Shown here: one piece after another, positions 46,330 through 55,912 of the stretch
Layout: each line of letters starts with the position of its first letter
Numbering within the stretch: position 1 is the first letter of the stretch
Source of the DNA: Armatimonadota bacterium
Lineage (GTDB): Bacteria > Bacillota > Desulfotomaculia > Desulfotomaculales > Nap2-2B
DNA: 64,000 nt
Direction: 5' to 3'
Assembly: GCA_023511535.1 (NCBI GenBank)
Contig: JAIMBK010000007.1
Span: forward strand, 3,866 to 67,865
Program-made: the position numbers and the translations under genes
Notes under the pieces: model-generated
Seen by the model: only the letters and a program-made list of their open reading frames with translations
Database searches by the model: none
What the model was told of the DNA's origin: nothing

Positions 46330-47169
46330 TTAGTATTCGGGCGGTAGTTTGTTCAACTGGGCTTTTGAGAAGACCGGCCCGTCTTTGCAGACAAATTTGT
46401 TCCCCACGTTGCACCGGCCGCACATTCCGATGCCGCACTTCATCCGGTTTTCCAGGGACAGAATAATCCGCTCCGGCGGGAAGCCCAGTTCTTCCAACAC
46501 CGGAATAGTAAACCGGATCATTACCGGCGGGCCGCAGACTACGGCGTAGGCGTCAGCGGAGCTGGGCGCCACTTCTTTGGTCACTGCCGGCACAAAGCCC
46601 ACCTTCTTCTGCCAGCCGTCGGCAGGGGCGTCAATTGTGCAGATCAGGTTTATGTCGGAGCGCTTCTCCCACCCGGCTAACTCGTCTTTGTACAGCAGCA
46701 GGCCCGGATTGCGCGCCCCGTAAATAACGGTCAGCTCGCCGAAATCCCCCCGGTTGTCGGGATGTAGAATGTAAGTGGTCAGCGACCGCAGGGTGGTAAA
46801 GGCAAAACCGCCGCCGATAATCACCAGGTTTTTGCCTTTGAACTCCTCCAGCGGATAGCTGTTGCCCAGCGGCCCCCGCACCCCCAGAATGCTTCCTTCC
46901 GGCATCTCGTGCAGAGCACTGGTGACCACCCCCACGCGGGCCACGGAAAATTTCAAAATGCCGGGCTCCGTAGGCGAAGAAGCCATCCCGAAAGGAGATT
47001 CCCCTTTGCCGAAAACGCAAACCTCCGCAAATTGCCCGGGTCTGTATACAAAAGCTTTTTCGTCCTCTTCCTTTAAAAACTGGAAAGTAAAGGAATGAAT
47101 CAGGTTGTCGTCAGTCTCCACGACATGCCTGACCAGCTTTACCGGCGCCGGCACGTACGGATTTTTCAC
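46330..47169 (-). CDS. flxA: FlxA (FAD/NAD-binding, [2Fe-2S]; AsrB/PyrK-like)
   Basis: PGQF, RGPLGN, CGPPVM, MKCGIGMCGRC, CKDGPVF. Confidence 0.88.
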   Translation of the reverse strand: MKNPYVPAPVKLVRHVVETDDNLIHSFTFQFLKEEDEKAFVYRPGQFAEVCVFGKGESPFGMASSPTEPGILKFSVARVGVVTSALHEMPEGSILGVRGPLGNSYPLEEFKGKNLVIIGGGFAFTTLRSLTTYILHPDNRGDFGELTVIYGARNPGLLLYKDELAGWEKRSDINLICTIDAPADGWQKKVGFVPAVTKEVAPSSADAYAVVCGPPVMIRFTIPVLEELGFPPERIILSLENRMKCGIGMCGRCNVGNKFVCKDGPVFSKAQLNKLPPEY

Positions 47170-48185
47170 TGCTGATCACCCCCGGCTTGACTGATCTGCT
47201 CGATTACCTGGCGGATGTCAAGATTCACCGGGCAGCTCAAAATACAGCGGCCGCACCCCACGCAGGCAATCGTCCCGTAGTTATCCACAAAGTACTTGAA
47301 TTTATGCATGATTCGCTGCCGAAACCGTTCCTTACCCGTCGGGCGGGGGTTGTGACCGGAGCCGTGGAGGGTAAAGAGCGGGAACATGCAGGCGTCCCAA
47401 TTGCGGATCCGGCAGCCTTCCTTGCCGGCCGCCTCGTCGACGATGTCAAAACAGTGACACGTGGGACAGGTGTAAGTACAGGCAGCACATCCCAGGCATT
47501 TCTCGGCGAGCAGGGCCCAGATTGGATCGTCAAAATTAACGTCCAGCCGGTACTTCAACCCTCCCAGGTCAACCAGGGTGGAGCAGACAGCGCTCTCTTT
47601 AACCGCCCGGGCGGCTTCCTGCGCTTCCTGGCCGGCGACAGGCAGTTCCATTCCAGAAAGCAATTCTTTGCCCCGCTCCGTTACCACCTCCACCAGGTAT
47701 TGGTCACCGATGTCCACAAAGAGAAGATCCAGGCCTTCGGCGGAAAAGGGACCGCCGCTCAGGGAGGTGCAAAAACAGGTAGCCGCCGGCTGATTACACC
47801 CCAGTCCCACCAGGACGGTATTGTTTCTTCTGGTCAAGTAGTACGGGTCCACGTACTGATCTCCGTTAAAAACCTTGTCCAGCAAAAGAAAACTTTTGGC
47901 GTCGCAAGGTCTTACCCCGACGACGACTTTCTTGCTTTCGTCAACCTGCTCTGTTAATTGCACGCCGCCGGTTTCACAGCGATAGCAGAAGAGCTTCTCC
48001 GAACGGGGGAAAAGAATCTCTTTGGGCGGAATCCTGGAATTGGTATAATTCAGGACTGCCTGCTCGCCGGATCTGATTTGTTGAAAGCAAAAATAATCAC
48101 CTTCTTTGACCGGAGCAAATACCTGGTAAGCCGGTATTAATTTATTTAACCAGCTGGTTATCTGGTCCTTATTTAAAAGCAACAC
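47166..48185 (-). CDS. flxB: FlxB (AsrA-like 4Fe-4S protein)
   Basis: RPCD, CFC, CLGCAACTYTCPTCHCF, WDAC, HKF, CVGCGRCILSCP. Confidence 0.88.
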   Translation of the reverse strand: MLLLNKDQITSWLNKLIPAYQVFAPVKEGDYFCFQQIRSGEQAVLNYTNSRIPPKEILFPRSEKLFCYRCETGGVQLTEQVDESKKVVVGVRPCDAKSFLLLDKVFNGDQYVDPYYLTRRNNTVLVGLGCNQPAATCFCTSLSGGPFSAEGLDLLFVDIGDQYLVEVVTERGKELLSGMELPVAGQEAQEAARAVKESAVCSTLVDLGGLKYRLDVNFDDPIWALLAEKCLGCAACTYTCPTCHCFDIVDEAAGKEGCRIRNWDACMFPLFTLHGSGHNPRPTGKERFRQRIMHKFKYFVDNYGTIACVGCGRCILSCPVNLDIRQVIEQISQAGGDQQ

Positions 48186-48206
48186 CTCTTACCCTTCCCT
48201 CCTTAA

Positions 48207-49145
48207 CTAGGTTAAACTGATCGGAGCAGCCAGCGGAGGCTTTTCTTCCAGACTGACTCCGGCGGTATAACCAAACACCTCCTGAACGTCCTTCGTCATT
48301 TTACTGGTTAAAACATGTAAATTAATCCCCATCGGACAGGCCCGGTCGCAGGCCCCGCAGTCCACACAGCGCCCGGCCAGGTGAATCACCCGGACGGCCT
48401 GGAAAAATACGTTGTCCTGAACATTTAAGGACGATCTGCTGAGCCATTCGGGTACGGAGCAATCGGCAAAACATTCTTCGCAAAAGCACATGGGGCAGGC
48501 CTGCCGGCAGGCGTAGCAACGAATGCAACGGGACAATTCGGCAAACAGGTAAGCCCGCTTTTCGGCCGGCGCCTTTGCTTCCCAATCCACTTCGCCGGCT
48601 TTGGATCTGGAGTCGGCTCCTTTGGCGGGAACCGGCTCACCCAGCAGGATGTCATATAACACCGGATTGGGGTGCGGACAGGTTAAACACGAATCGTGGA
48701 GCAATTGCTCCAGAAGGACGGTCTCCTGAAAATCCCTTCCTTTCAAACGAACCTGTCCGTCATTTACTTCCGCCTCCAGCAATTCCTTTCCCGCCAAAAG
48801 ACGGTTTACTTTCCGGCGATCAATCATTCCCCGGCAGGGTACACCGATGATCACCAGCTTTTCGCGGTTAATCTGGTTTTCTTTGATCAGCTCCACGATC
48901 GAGCGACTGTCGCAACCCTTGGCCACCACGGCCAGCTTTTCCGGCCTCCGGCGTAAAAATACGGCCAGGTTGTTTTCGCAGCCGTAGCCCCAGACCAGGT
49001 TTTGCGCCTCGTGCGGCCGGCGGATAAAGCAGGGCGTGTTGCGCAAAGGAAGACTCCCGGCGGCAAACCCTACCACCAGCTCCACTTCTTTATCCCGCAA
49101 AAGCCTTTCGGCCGTTTCCTGAATCGCCCCCGTCAATTCACGCAC
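48207..49145 (-). CDS. flxC: FlxC (4Fe-4S dicluster protein)
   Basis: KGCDSR, CIRCYACRQACPMCFCEEC, HLAGRCVDCGACDRACP. Confidence 0.85.
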   Translation of the reverse strand: MRELTGAIQETAERLLRDKEVELVVGFAAGSLPLRNTPCFIRRPHEAQNLVWGYGCENNLAVFLRRRPEKLAVVAKGCDSRSIVELIKENQINREKLVIIGVPCRGMIDRRKVNRLLAGKELLEAEVNDGQVRLKGRDFQETVLLEQLLHDSCLTCPHPNPVLYDILLGEPVPAKGADSRSKAGEVDWEAKAPAEKRAYLFAELSRCIRCYACRQACPMCFCEECFADCSVPEWLSRSSLNVQDNVFFQAVRVIHLAGRCVDCGACDRACPMGINLHVLTSKMTKDVQEVFGYTAGVSLEEKPPLAAPISLT

Positions 49146-49573
49146 TTCTCTAACCCCCCCGCATCTTTCGCGCCCAGTGGGTTGGGACCCAGCGCCTTCA
49201 GCTGATTGGTGAAATCAGTTGCTATTTCCGCAAACCGGTCCCCCTCCGAGGCGGAAACCCATTCCAGCCGGAACCGCCCGGGTTCAATGCCCAGCGTTTG
49301 CAGGTGCCGCTGCACGATCCTGGCGCGCCTTTCGGCGTTATAATTGCCACTAACATAGTGGCAGTCCCCGGGGTGTCACCCGCCGACCAGCACGCCGTCC
49401 GCGCCGGTGAAAAAGGCTTTCAGGATAAACATAGGGTTAACCCTTCCCGAGCAGGGCACTCTGACGACCGTTACGTTCGGGGGATACTGAAAACGCAGGG
49501 ACCCGGCCAGGTCGGCGCCGGCGTAACTGCACCAGTTACAAAGAAAGGCGATTATTTTTGGTTCAAATTGCAT
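49133..49573 (-). CDS. flxD: FlxD/MvhD-family selenoprotein (UGA read as Sec)
   Basis: ORFs 49376..49573 and 49133..49315 join in frame through TGA 49378-49376: LVGG-U-HPGDCHY, the position of a conserved Cys; downstream hairpin TGCCACT-ATGTT-AGTGGCA. Confidence 0.9.
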
Positions 49574-49665
49574 GCCCGTTTCTCACTCCTTTGGTTACCT
49601 ATGCTGAGTATGGGTTTCGAGTTATCCTGATCAATTCGGATTCTCTGTACCCGCAATTCACATAA

Positions 49666-50556
49666 TTATTCTTTCCTGACCCTGTCGATAAAACTCCTTA
49701 CGTTCGTCTCGGCCAGCCCGGCCACCTGCTCCGGATCGGCACCCAGACACAGCGCCAGAAGCTGCATATAGTGCAAAACGGGAATCTCAAATTTAATTTT
49801 CTTGTCTTTTTGCAGGAATTTCTGGGCGGTGTCAAACTGCAGCAGGCAAGAGCTGCAACCGGTCACCAGCAGGTCGGGGTTAACCTCTTCCTTCATGGAA
49901 ACAAGCTTTTTCTCCACCAGATGGAAGGATTTTTCCATGTCGGCGCTCCGCATGGCGCCCATCCCGCAGCAATCGAGCAGGCGCGTATAGTAGCCAACGG
50001 TTGCCCCCAGGGCTTCACACATTTCTTTTAACACCCGGGGGTGAAAGGTATCTTCTTCCTTATCGAAATATACCTTGCTGGGCCAGAGGCTATGGCAGCC
50101 CGGCTGCAGGGCGATGGTAAAACCATCGAGTTTATATTTAAGGGCCTCCCTGATTCTGTCCGGACCCAGTTCGTGATCCAGATAATAGTGAGCAAGCCTG
50201 ACCTGGCTGGTCCCCTTATATTCCCGGCCGATATTCCGGAGGAGTTCGTTAACCCTGGTTTTTAACTCCGGGTCGTGATCCAGCTTGTATTTTGCCTCGG
50301 CCAGGCTGCCGTAACAACTCCCGCAGACAGTAACAATATCCAGCCCCTTTTCCTCGGCGAGGGCAAGATTCCTGGCTCCTACGGCGCACCAGCCCGCCAC
50401 ATCCACGGAAGGCAGCGTCCCCCAGCTGGGGCAGCAGGACTGCCCATCCAGGTTATCCAGTTCCACCCCCAGGGCGGGAAGCGCATACCGCACCGCCTGC
50501 TCGAGATCGGGCCGGTTAAAGGCTGTGTTGCAGCCGACAAAAAACCCTATTTTCAT
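49666..50556 (-). CDS. hdrB: Heterodisulfide reductase subunit B
   Basis: FVGC, SCCP, VCGSC, PGCH, DCCG, GCSSC. Confidence 0.92.
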   Translation of the reverse strand: MKIGFFVGCNTAFNRPDLEQAVRYALPALGVELDNLDGQSCCPSWGTLPSVDVAGWCAVGARNLALAEEKGLDIVTVCGSCYGSLAEAKYKLDHDPELKTRVNELLRNIGREYKGTSQVRLAHYYLDHELGPDRIREALKYKLDGFTIALQPGCHSLWPSKVYFDKEEDTFHPRVLKEMCEALGATVGYYTRLLDCCGMGAMRSADMEKSFHLVEKKLVSMKEEVNPDLLVTGCSSCLLQFDTAQKFLQKDKKIKFEIPVLHYMQLLALCLGADPEQVAGLAETNVRSFIDRVRKE

Positions 50557-50559
50557 TCG

Positions 50560-51141
50560 CTACACCTCGCAAGTCTCGCTTACGCCCGTCTCGCCCATAG
50601 GGATAATCCCCAGGTCGGCCAGGGCGGAATTCCGGATAATTGTTTGGAGTTCCTGTAAAGCCTTTTTGCTGGCGACCGTAGAGGGCGGCTTTTCCGGCAG
50701 GCCCACTTTCGCCCGCGTATTTCCTGCGCCGGCCAGATAAACGGCATGGCCGGTATCGTAAAGCGACTTCAGGCCTTCCACGGAAAGGGTGGGCAGGGCA
50801 AATTCCCTGATCGCCACCCGGCGCATGGCCTGAACAACCTCAAAAGGATTAACCTCCCGCGGACACACTTCGGTGCAACGATTGCAAGACTGGCAGGCCC
50901 AGATGCTTGAGTCGTCCAGCAGTTCCTCGCGCAGCCCCAAAAGAATCGCGTGAATCACTTTTTTATTAAAAAAGGAAAAGCCAGCCAGCACCATCGGGCA
51001 GGCGGCGGCGCACTTGGCGCACTGGATACATTCCAGCAATTCCGCACCGCCCAACTCTCTGATTTCTCCCGCCAGAGCGGGATCGCCCGCCGAGAGATTA
51101 ACAACTCCCGTTACCGCTTGCATCTCAGACACTAATCTCAC
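50560..51141 (-). CDS. hdrC: Heterodisulfide reductase subunit C
   Basis: CIQCAKCAAACP, IWACQSCNRCTEVCPR. Confidence 0.92.
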   Translation of the reverse strand: MRLVSEMQAVTGVVNLSAGDPALAGEIRELGGAELLECIQCAKCAAACPMVLAGFSFFNKKVIHAILLGLREELLDDSSIWACQSCNRCTEVCPREVNPFEVVQAMRRVAIREFALPTLSVEGLKSLYDTGHAVYLAGAGNTRAKVGLPEKPPSTVASKKALQELQTIIRNSALADLGIIPMGETGVSETCEV

Positions 51142-51150
51142 CCCCGGATT

Positions 51151-53160
51151 TTAGGAAGCTAAGGCTTTAATCTGCGCGCTGATTTGGGCGTTGGTGAATC
51201 CGTGCAGCGTAATCGCTCCCGACGGGCAGGCCGCCGCGCATACACCGCAGCCGGCGCACAGGGCTTCGTCGATGTGCGAACGCAGCCTTCCTTTATCCTC
51301 CACCAGTTTAATCGCCGAGTACGGGCAAAGCTTTTCGCAAGTACCGCAGCCGGAGCACTTCCGCTGGTTTACCTCCGAAATCAATGGTTCGACCACGATC
51401 TTGCCGAAGGTGAGGGGGACCGCCGCTGCCGAAGAAGCCGCCCGCGCCTGGGACACTGCCTCGGGGATGTCCTTGGGACCCTGCGCACAGCCGGCGATGT
51501 AAACGCCCCGCACCGGCGTTTCCACCGGATAGAGTTTGGTGTGCATTTCCTTCAAGAATCCCTCGCTGCCGCACGTAATGCCCAGTTTCCGGCCCAGTTC
51601 GGCAAGACCCGGCGCAGGTTCGATGGCCGTGGCCAGGACCACCAGATCGGCCTCCAGTTCCACCGGCGCCCCCAGGTCAACGTCGTAAGCGCGGACTCTT
51701 AACCGGTCACCCGGCAGTTCGTCTACTCCCCCGACGCGGCCGCGCAGCATCTTGATGCCCAGGTTGCGGCAGTAGTTGTAGTATTCCTCGAAGTCTTTCC
51801 CGGCGGTACGAACGTCAATGAAGAAAATATAAATATCGGTCTCCGGATACTTTTCCTTGATTAACCGGGCTTCCTTCAACATGTACATACAACAGACCTT
51901 GGAACAATAGGTATGGTGCCTTTTATCCCGGCTGCCCACGCAGGAAACGAAAGCGATCGTTTTGGGCTTTTCCTTGTCCGACGGGCGCTCGAAGTGACCT
52001 GCCGTAGGCCCGGTGGCCGAGAGGATGCGTTCCAGCTGCATGGCCGTGACAACGTTGGGCGATTGCGGCGAGTACTCCTTAAACGGCGCTTTGTCCATCA
52101 CCCGGTAGCCGGTGGTCACGATAATGGTGCCGACGGCGAGCTCAATAATCTCGCCTTCCGGATCATACGCCTTTGAGCGGTCACAGGCACCGGTCTTGCA
52201 CGCTCTTTCGCACGGGGCCAGGATGGGTTTGCCGGTTTTGGAATGGATTCTGGGCGCGGTTCCGATGGTCCGCTTCCCGCAATTAAGACAGTGTTCGAGA
52301 TCCACCACCGCCTTTTTTGGTACCGCCTGGGGAAACTCAATATATACGGCCCTGCGGTTATCCATTCCTTCGTTGAACTCGTTGGGGATCCTGGCCGGAC
52401 AGGCATTCACGCAATCGCCGCACCCGGTGCACTTATCCCAGTCAATGTACGTCTGTTTCCTTCTTACCTTCACTTTGAAGTTCCCGAAGGATCCCTCGAC
52501 CGATTCCACTTCGGAATAGGTCAGCAGCTTGATCTTCGGATGGGTTCCCACCCGCACCATAACCGGGGTCAGGATACAGGCGGAACAATCGTTGGTGGGG
52601 AAGGTCTTGTCGAGCTTGGCCATGTTGCCCCCGATCGACGGATTTTTTTCCACCAGGTAGACCTGATAACCCATCCCCGCCAAATCAAGCGCGGCAAACA
52701 TGCCGGCCACGCCGCCGCCGACCACCAGCGCCGCCGGCGTTACTTCCACGAACCTGTCTTCCAGCGGTTCCAGGAAAGCGGCCTTCGCCACGGCGCTGGC
52801 CACCAGCTTCTTCGCTTTGGCGGTGGCCCCCTCCTTATCGTGCCAGTGCGCCCAGCTGTCCTGGTCACGGATGTTCGCCATTTCAAAAAGATACTTGTTA
52901 AGCCCCGCCTCCGCCACCGCCTCCCGGAAAATCGGCTCGTGCGTGCGCGGCGTACAGGCCGCCACCACCACCCGGTCCACGAGGCCGGCTCTTATATCCT
53001 GCTTAATTAATTCCTGGCCCGGATCAGAACACATGAAAAGGTAGTCCCGGGCAATCGCTACCTCCGGGAGCTGCTCAGCGTATTTTCTAACCTCTTCAAC
53101 ATTCACAGCGCCGGCGATATTCTCGCCGCAATGGCAGATGTAGACGCCAATCCTGGGCAC
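51151..53160 (-). CDS. hdrA: Heterodisulfide reductase subunit A (canonical size)
   Basis: IGVYICHCG, ACTPRTHE, GGGVAG, LDKTFPTNDC, CVGSRD, YCSKVCC, GPKDIP. Confidence 0.95.
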   Translation of the reverse strand: MPRIGVYICHCGENIAGAVNVEEVRKYAEQLPEVAIARDYLFMCSDPGQELIKQDIRAGLVDRVVVAACTPRTHEPIFREAVAEAGLNKYLFEMANIRDQDSWAHWHDKEGATAKAKKLVASAVAKAAFLEPLEDRFVEVTPAALVVGGGVAGMFAALDLAGMGYQVYLVEKNPSIGGNMAKLDKTFPTNDCSACILTPVMVRVGTHPKIKLLTYSEVESVEGSFGNFKVKVRRKQTYIDWDKCTGCGDCVNACPARIPNEFNEGMDNRRAVYIEFPQAVPKKAVVDLEHCLNCGKRTIGTAPRIHSKTGKPILAPCERACKTGACDRSKAYDPEGEIIELAVGTIIVTTGYRVMDKAPFKEYSPQSPNVVTAMQLERILSATGPTAGHFERPSDKEKPKTIAFVSCVGSRDKRHHTYCSKVCCMYMLKEARLIKEKYPETDIYIFFIDVRTAGKDFEEYYNYCRNLGIKMLRGRVGGVDELPGDRLRVRAYDVDLGAPVELEADLVVLATAIEPAPGLAELGRKLGITCGSEGFLKEMHTKLYPVETPVRGVYIAGCAQGPKDIPEAVSQARAASSAAAVPLTFGKIVVEPLISEVNQRKCSGCGTCEKLCPYSAIKLVEDKGRLRSHIDEALCAGCGVCAAACPSGAITLHGFTNAQISAQIKALAS

Positions 53161-53240
53161 TCTATCCCCTCCCTAAAGAGATATCGAATTATCGCTTGCC
53201 GGTCCATTTTGACCTGCGGCTTTTCCAGGAACCCGCTCAA

Positions 53241-54038
53241 CTACCGTTGCCGGAAGGTTTTGGTAAACGAATCGCAGTAAATATCCTTGTTTAACAGGAT
53301 ATTGGCCGCGGCGACGGCATCCAGCAAAGCGTCGTCGTCCAGGTCGACGATGGCGGAATCCAGCCCGGCCGCCATGGACATGACCAGGAAGGTGCGGTTG
53401 AGCAGGTGCCGGTCGGCGCAACGCTGGGATACGTTGCTTAAGCCCATGGTCGTCTTGGGCGGGGGATCGGCCAGCATCTTAATCTGCCGCAGGGCCTCCA
53501 ACACTTCCGGGCCGTGCTCCTGGCCTACGTTGCAGGGGAGGACCAGCGGGTCGATGTAGAGATCTTCCATGGGAATCCCGTTGGCGTCGGCGTTGACTAC
53601 GATTTCCATGGCCAGGGCGGCGCGGTCGGCGGCGCTCTTGGGCACGCCCTTTTCGTTCATGGCCAGGCCGATAACGGCTGCTCCGTATTTAGCCGCCATG
53701 GGCAGGTAGATATCCATTTTCCACTGGTCGGCGGTGGTGGAATTAATCAAAGCCTTTCCTTTATGGACCGCCAGACCCGCCTCGATGGCCTCCGGATTGG
53801 TGGAATCGAGGCAACAGGGGAGGTCGACCGTTTCCTGGGCGATTTTCACCAGCCATTCCATGACGGCCGGCTGATCCTTGGCGTCGACCGTGGGGCCGGT
53901 ATTGATGTCCAGAAAAGCGGCGCACCGCTCAAACTGGCGTTTCGCCCAGTAGCGGATGGGCTCCGGATCGCGGTTCAAGATGGCTTCCCGGATATCTTTA
54001 AACATTCCGTTGATTCGCTCGCCGATTAAAATCATCAA
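53241..54038 (-). CDS. acsE: Methyl-THF:corrinoid Fe-S protein methyltransferase
   Basis: ILIGERING, LDIN, LDSTN, LINST, YIDPL, GLSNVSQ, GLDSAI. Confidence 0.95.
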   Translation of the reverse strand: MMILIGERINGMFKDIREAILNRDPEPIRYWAKRQFERCAAFLDINTGPTVDAKDQPAVMEWLVKIAQETVDLPCCLDSTNPEAIEAGLAVHKGKALINSTTADQWKMDIYLPMAAKYGAAVIGLAMNEKGVPKSAADRAALAMEIVVNADANGIPMEDLYIDPLVLPCNVGQEHGPEVLEALRQIKMLADPPPKTTMGLSNVSQRCADRHLLNRTFLVMSMAAGLDSAIVDLDDDALLDAVAAANILLNKDIYCDSFTKTFRQR

Positions 54039-54066
54039 ACTGGCCTCCTTATCAAATTTTTATTTT

Positions 54067-55017
54067 TTAATACACATTCGGCTCCATCATTTTCGCGATG
54101 TGCGCCCGGAACTGTTTCATGGATTCCGGATGCCGCATCACCATGATGGCACCGCCCGCCTGAGCGAAGGAAGTCGCCGTCAAGGTCTCCCAGAGAATGG
54201 CGCGCCGGACCTGGTCGCCCCATTCCGGAGCTTCTTCCGCCGTGCTCTTGGCTTCTTTGGTCTTCCAGACTTCCTGACCCACAAAACAAATCACCGGCAT
54301 GGCCAGCATTTTATCACCCGTTAAAGCACCGATTCTGGCCCGCTCCATAATCGAATAAGCGTATTCCAGGCCGTAGCCCAACGCCCCGACCAGGGGGTCG
54401 ATGGCAATCCGGTCGGCCGCCAGGTTCATTTCCATGATCAAAATGTTCAGCTGCTTGGCCAGATTGATGTCCAGCGGCGACGAAGCGATGATGCTGTGAC
54501 CGTGAACCAGGCAGGTGGCCGTAATGGTTTTATAGTTTTCCGGTTTGGCGCACCCCAGCAGGCAATTTTTCCCGCTCAAGGCCTCGCCCACCGCTTCAAT
54601 CACTTCCGCGTCCTTGGCCTCCACCCCGGAGCCGACAACAATCAGGGGCCTGTTCACGGCTTCCGCTACAGCTTTCGCCGTAGCAGCGCACTCGGCGGGG
54701 CTGCTGTTTTTATTGTCCGGATGCGAGCTCAGCAAGCTCAGGCAGATTAAATCCGCCCCGTATTCTTCGCATTTTTTCGCCCAGGCCACCGGATCGTTCA
54801 AGACGCCCTCAAAAGCGGAGGTAAGCACCGCGGGCCAGCCCTCGGGTTCCATGTCCCACACTTCCAGGGCCACCACGGGCCGATGGGGAATCCGGCCTTC
54901 AAAATGCAGGAAAGGCAGGGCAGCCTCACCGCCCACCTTGACAACGTTGGGTTCAGTGCCGATCACCAGCTCGCTCACCTGGCTGGTCCATTTTTCTTTC
55001 GCAATCGTAACCGCCAC
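54067..55017 (-). CDS. acsD: Corrinoid Fe-S protein small subunit
   Basis: DPVAWAKKC, SPLDINLAKQLN, ALGYGLEYAYS.MER, MRHP. Confidence 0.95.
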   Translation of the reverse strand: MAVTIAKEKWTSQVSELVIGTEPNVVKVGGEAALPFLHFEGRIPHRPVVALEVWDMEPEGWPAVLTSAFEGVLNDPVAWAKKCEEYGADLICLSLLSSHPDNKNSSPAECAATAKAVAEAVNRPLIVVGSGVEAKDAEVIEAVGEALSGKNCLLGCAKPENYKTITATCLVHGHSIIASSPLDINLAKQLNILIMEMNLAADRIAIDPLVGALGYGLEYAYSIMERARIGALTGDKMLAMPVICFVGQEVWKTKEAKSTAEEAPEWGDQVRRAILWETLTATSFAQAGGAIMVMRHPESMKQFRAHIAKMMEPNVY

Positions 55018-55041
55018 GATGATCTCTCCCTTCCAGAAAAA

Positions 55042-55800
55042 TTAAAGAATTGCTGTCTTCCGCATAATTCCAGTGACCGCCGCCACCACCGGCGAATTGT
55101 CGGGCAGGTCCAGCAAAGGTTTGCTGTTCAGGTCGTATTCCGCCACCTGGTCGTCCGCCGGGATGGTGCCGATCAATTCCAGCCCCGTCCGCGCGATCTC
55201 TTCCTGCAGTGCTTCTGCCGAACCGTTGGTAACCCTGCTCAAAACCAGGTACATCTTTTTGATGTCCAGACTTAAACTTTCCACCAGCTGCTTGATCCGT
55301 CCGGCGGAGCGAACACCGCGGGCCGACGGGTCGCTGGTGACAAAAAGAATGTCGACGTTGCTGGTGGTGCGCCGGCTCAAGTGCTCCAACCCGGCCTCGT
55401 TGTCCATCACCACGTAGGGATAGTTGCCGGCCAGCTGCTGCATAAAACCTTTCAACAAATTATTGGCGTAACAATAACAGCCTGGTCCCTCCGGACCACC
55501 CATGACCAGCAGGTCAAAGTCGTCCCCTTCCGCCAGCGACTGGTGTACGCGGTAAGCCACGTACTGGTCTTTCGTCATCCCGGCCGGCAGGGGCTCCAGG
55601 TTATTGTTTATGCGGGCCAGCATTTCAGCGATGGTATCTTCGATTTCGATTCCCAGCGCTTCGTTCAAGTTGGCGTTGGCGTCGGCGTCCACAGCCAGCA
55701 CGGGTCCCTTTTTCGCCCGGATTAATTGCCTGATCAGCAGGGCCGCCAGCGTTGTTTTTCCTGTCCCGCCCTTACCGGCAATAGCTAAGGTTATTGCCAT
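55042..55800 (-). CDS. acsF: CooC/AcsF nickel-insertion ATPase
   Basis: AGKGGTGKT, DAD, GPGCYC, DNEAGLEHLSR. Confidence 0.92.
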   Translation of the reverse strand: MAITLAIAGKGGTGKTTLAALLIRQLIRAKKGPVLAVDADANANLNEALGIEIEDTIAEMLARINNNLEPLPAGMTKDQYVAYRVHQSLAEGDDFDLLVMGGPEGPGCYCYANNLLKGFMQQLAGNYPYVVMDNEAGLEHLSRRTTSNVDILFVTSDPSARGVRSAGRIKQLVESLSLDIKKMYLVLSRVTNGSAEALQEEIARTGLELIGTIPADDQVAEYDLNSKPLLDLPDNSPVVAAVTGIMRKTAIL

Positions 55801-55873
55801 CACAATCACTTCCCCGCTCTTTTTTCTCCAAGTCATTCTGTTCAGGCGGGCCGCTGATCATAAACCCAACATG

Positions 55874-55912
55874 TTCAACTTCTCACTTCCAACCTCTCAC
55901 TTCTCACTTCTC
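55874..55912. repeat. Short heptamer tandem repeat (TCTCACT variants)
   Basis: ttcaact tctcact tccaacc tctcact tctcact tctc immediately after the acsC stop. Confidence 0.75.

Noticed and set aside
49133-49573. Reading flxD as a split pseudogene
   Set aside because: The stop is an in-frame TGA at a conserved Cys position with a downstream hairpin, better explained as Sec
36757-53160. Selenocysteine in the HdrA proteins
   Set aside because: All three ORFs are uninterrupted and have Cys in the TNDCSxC motif
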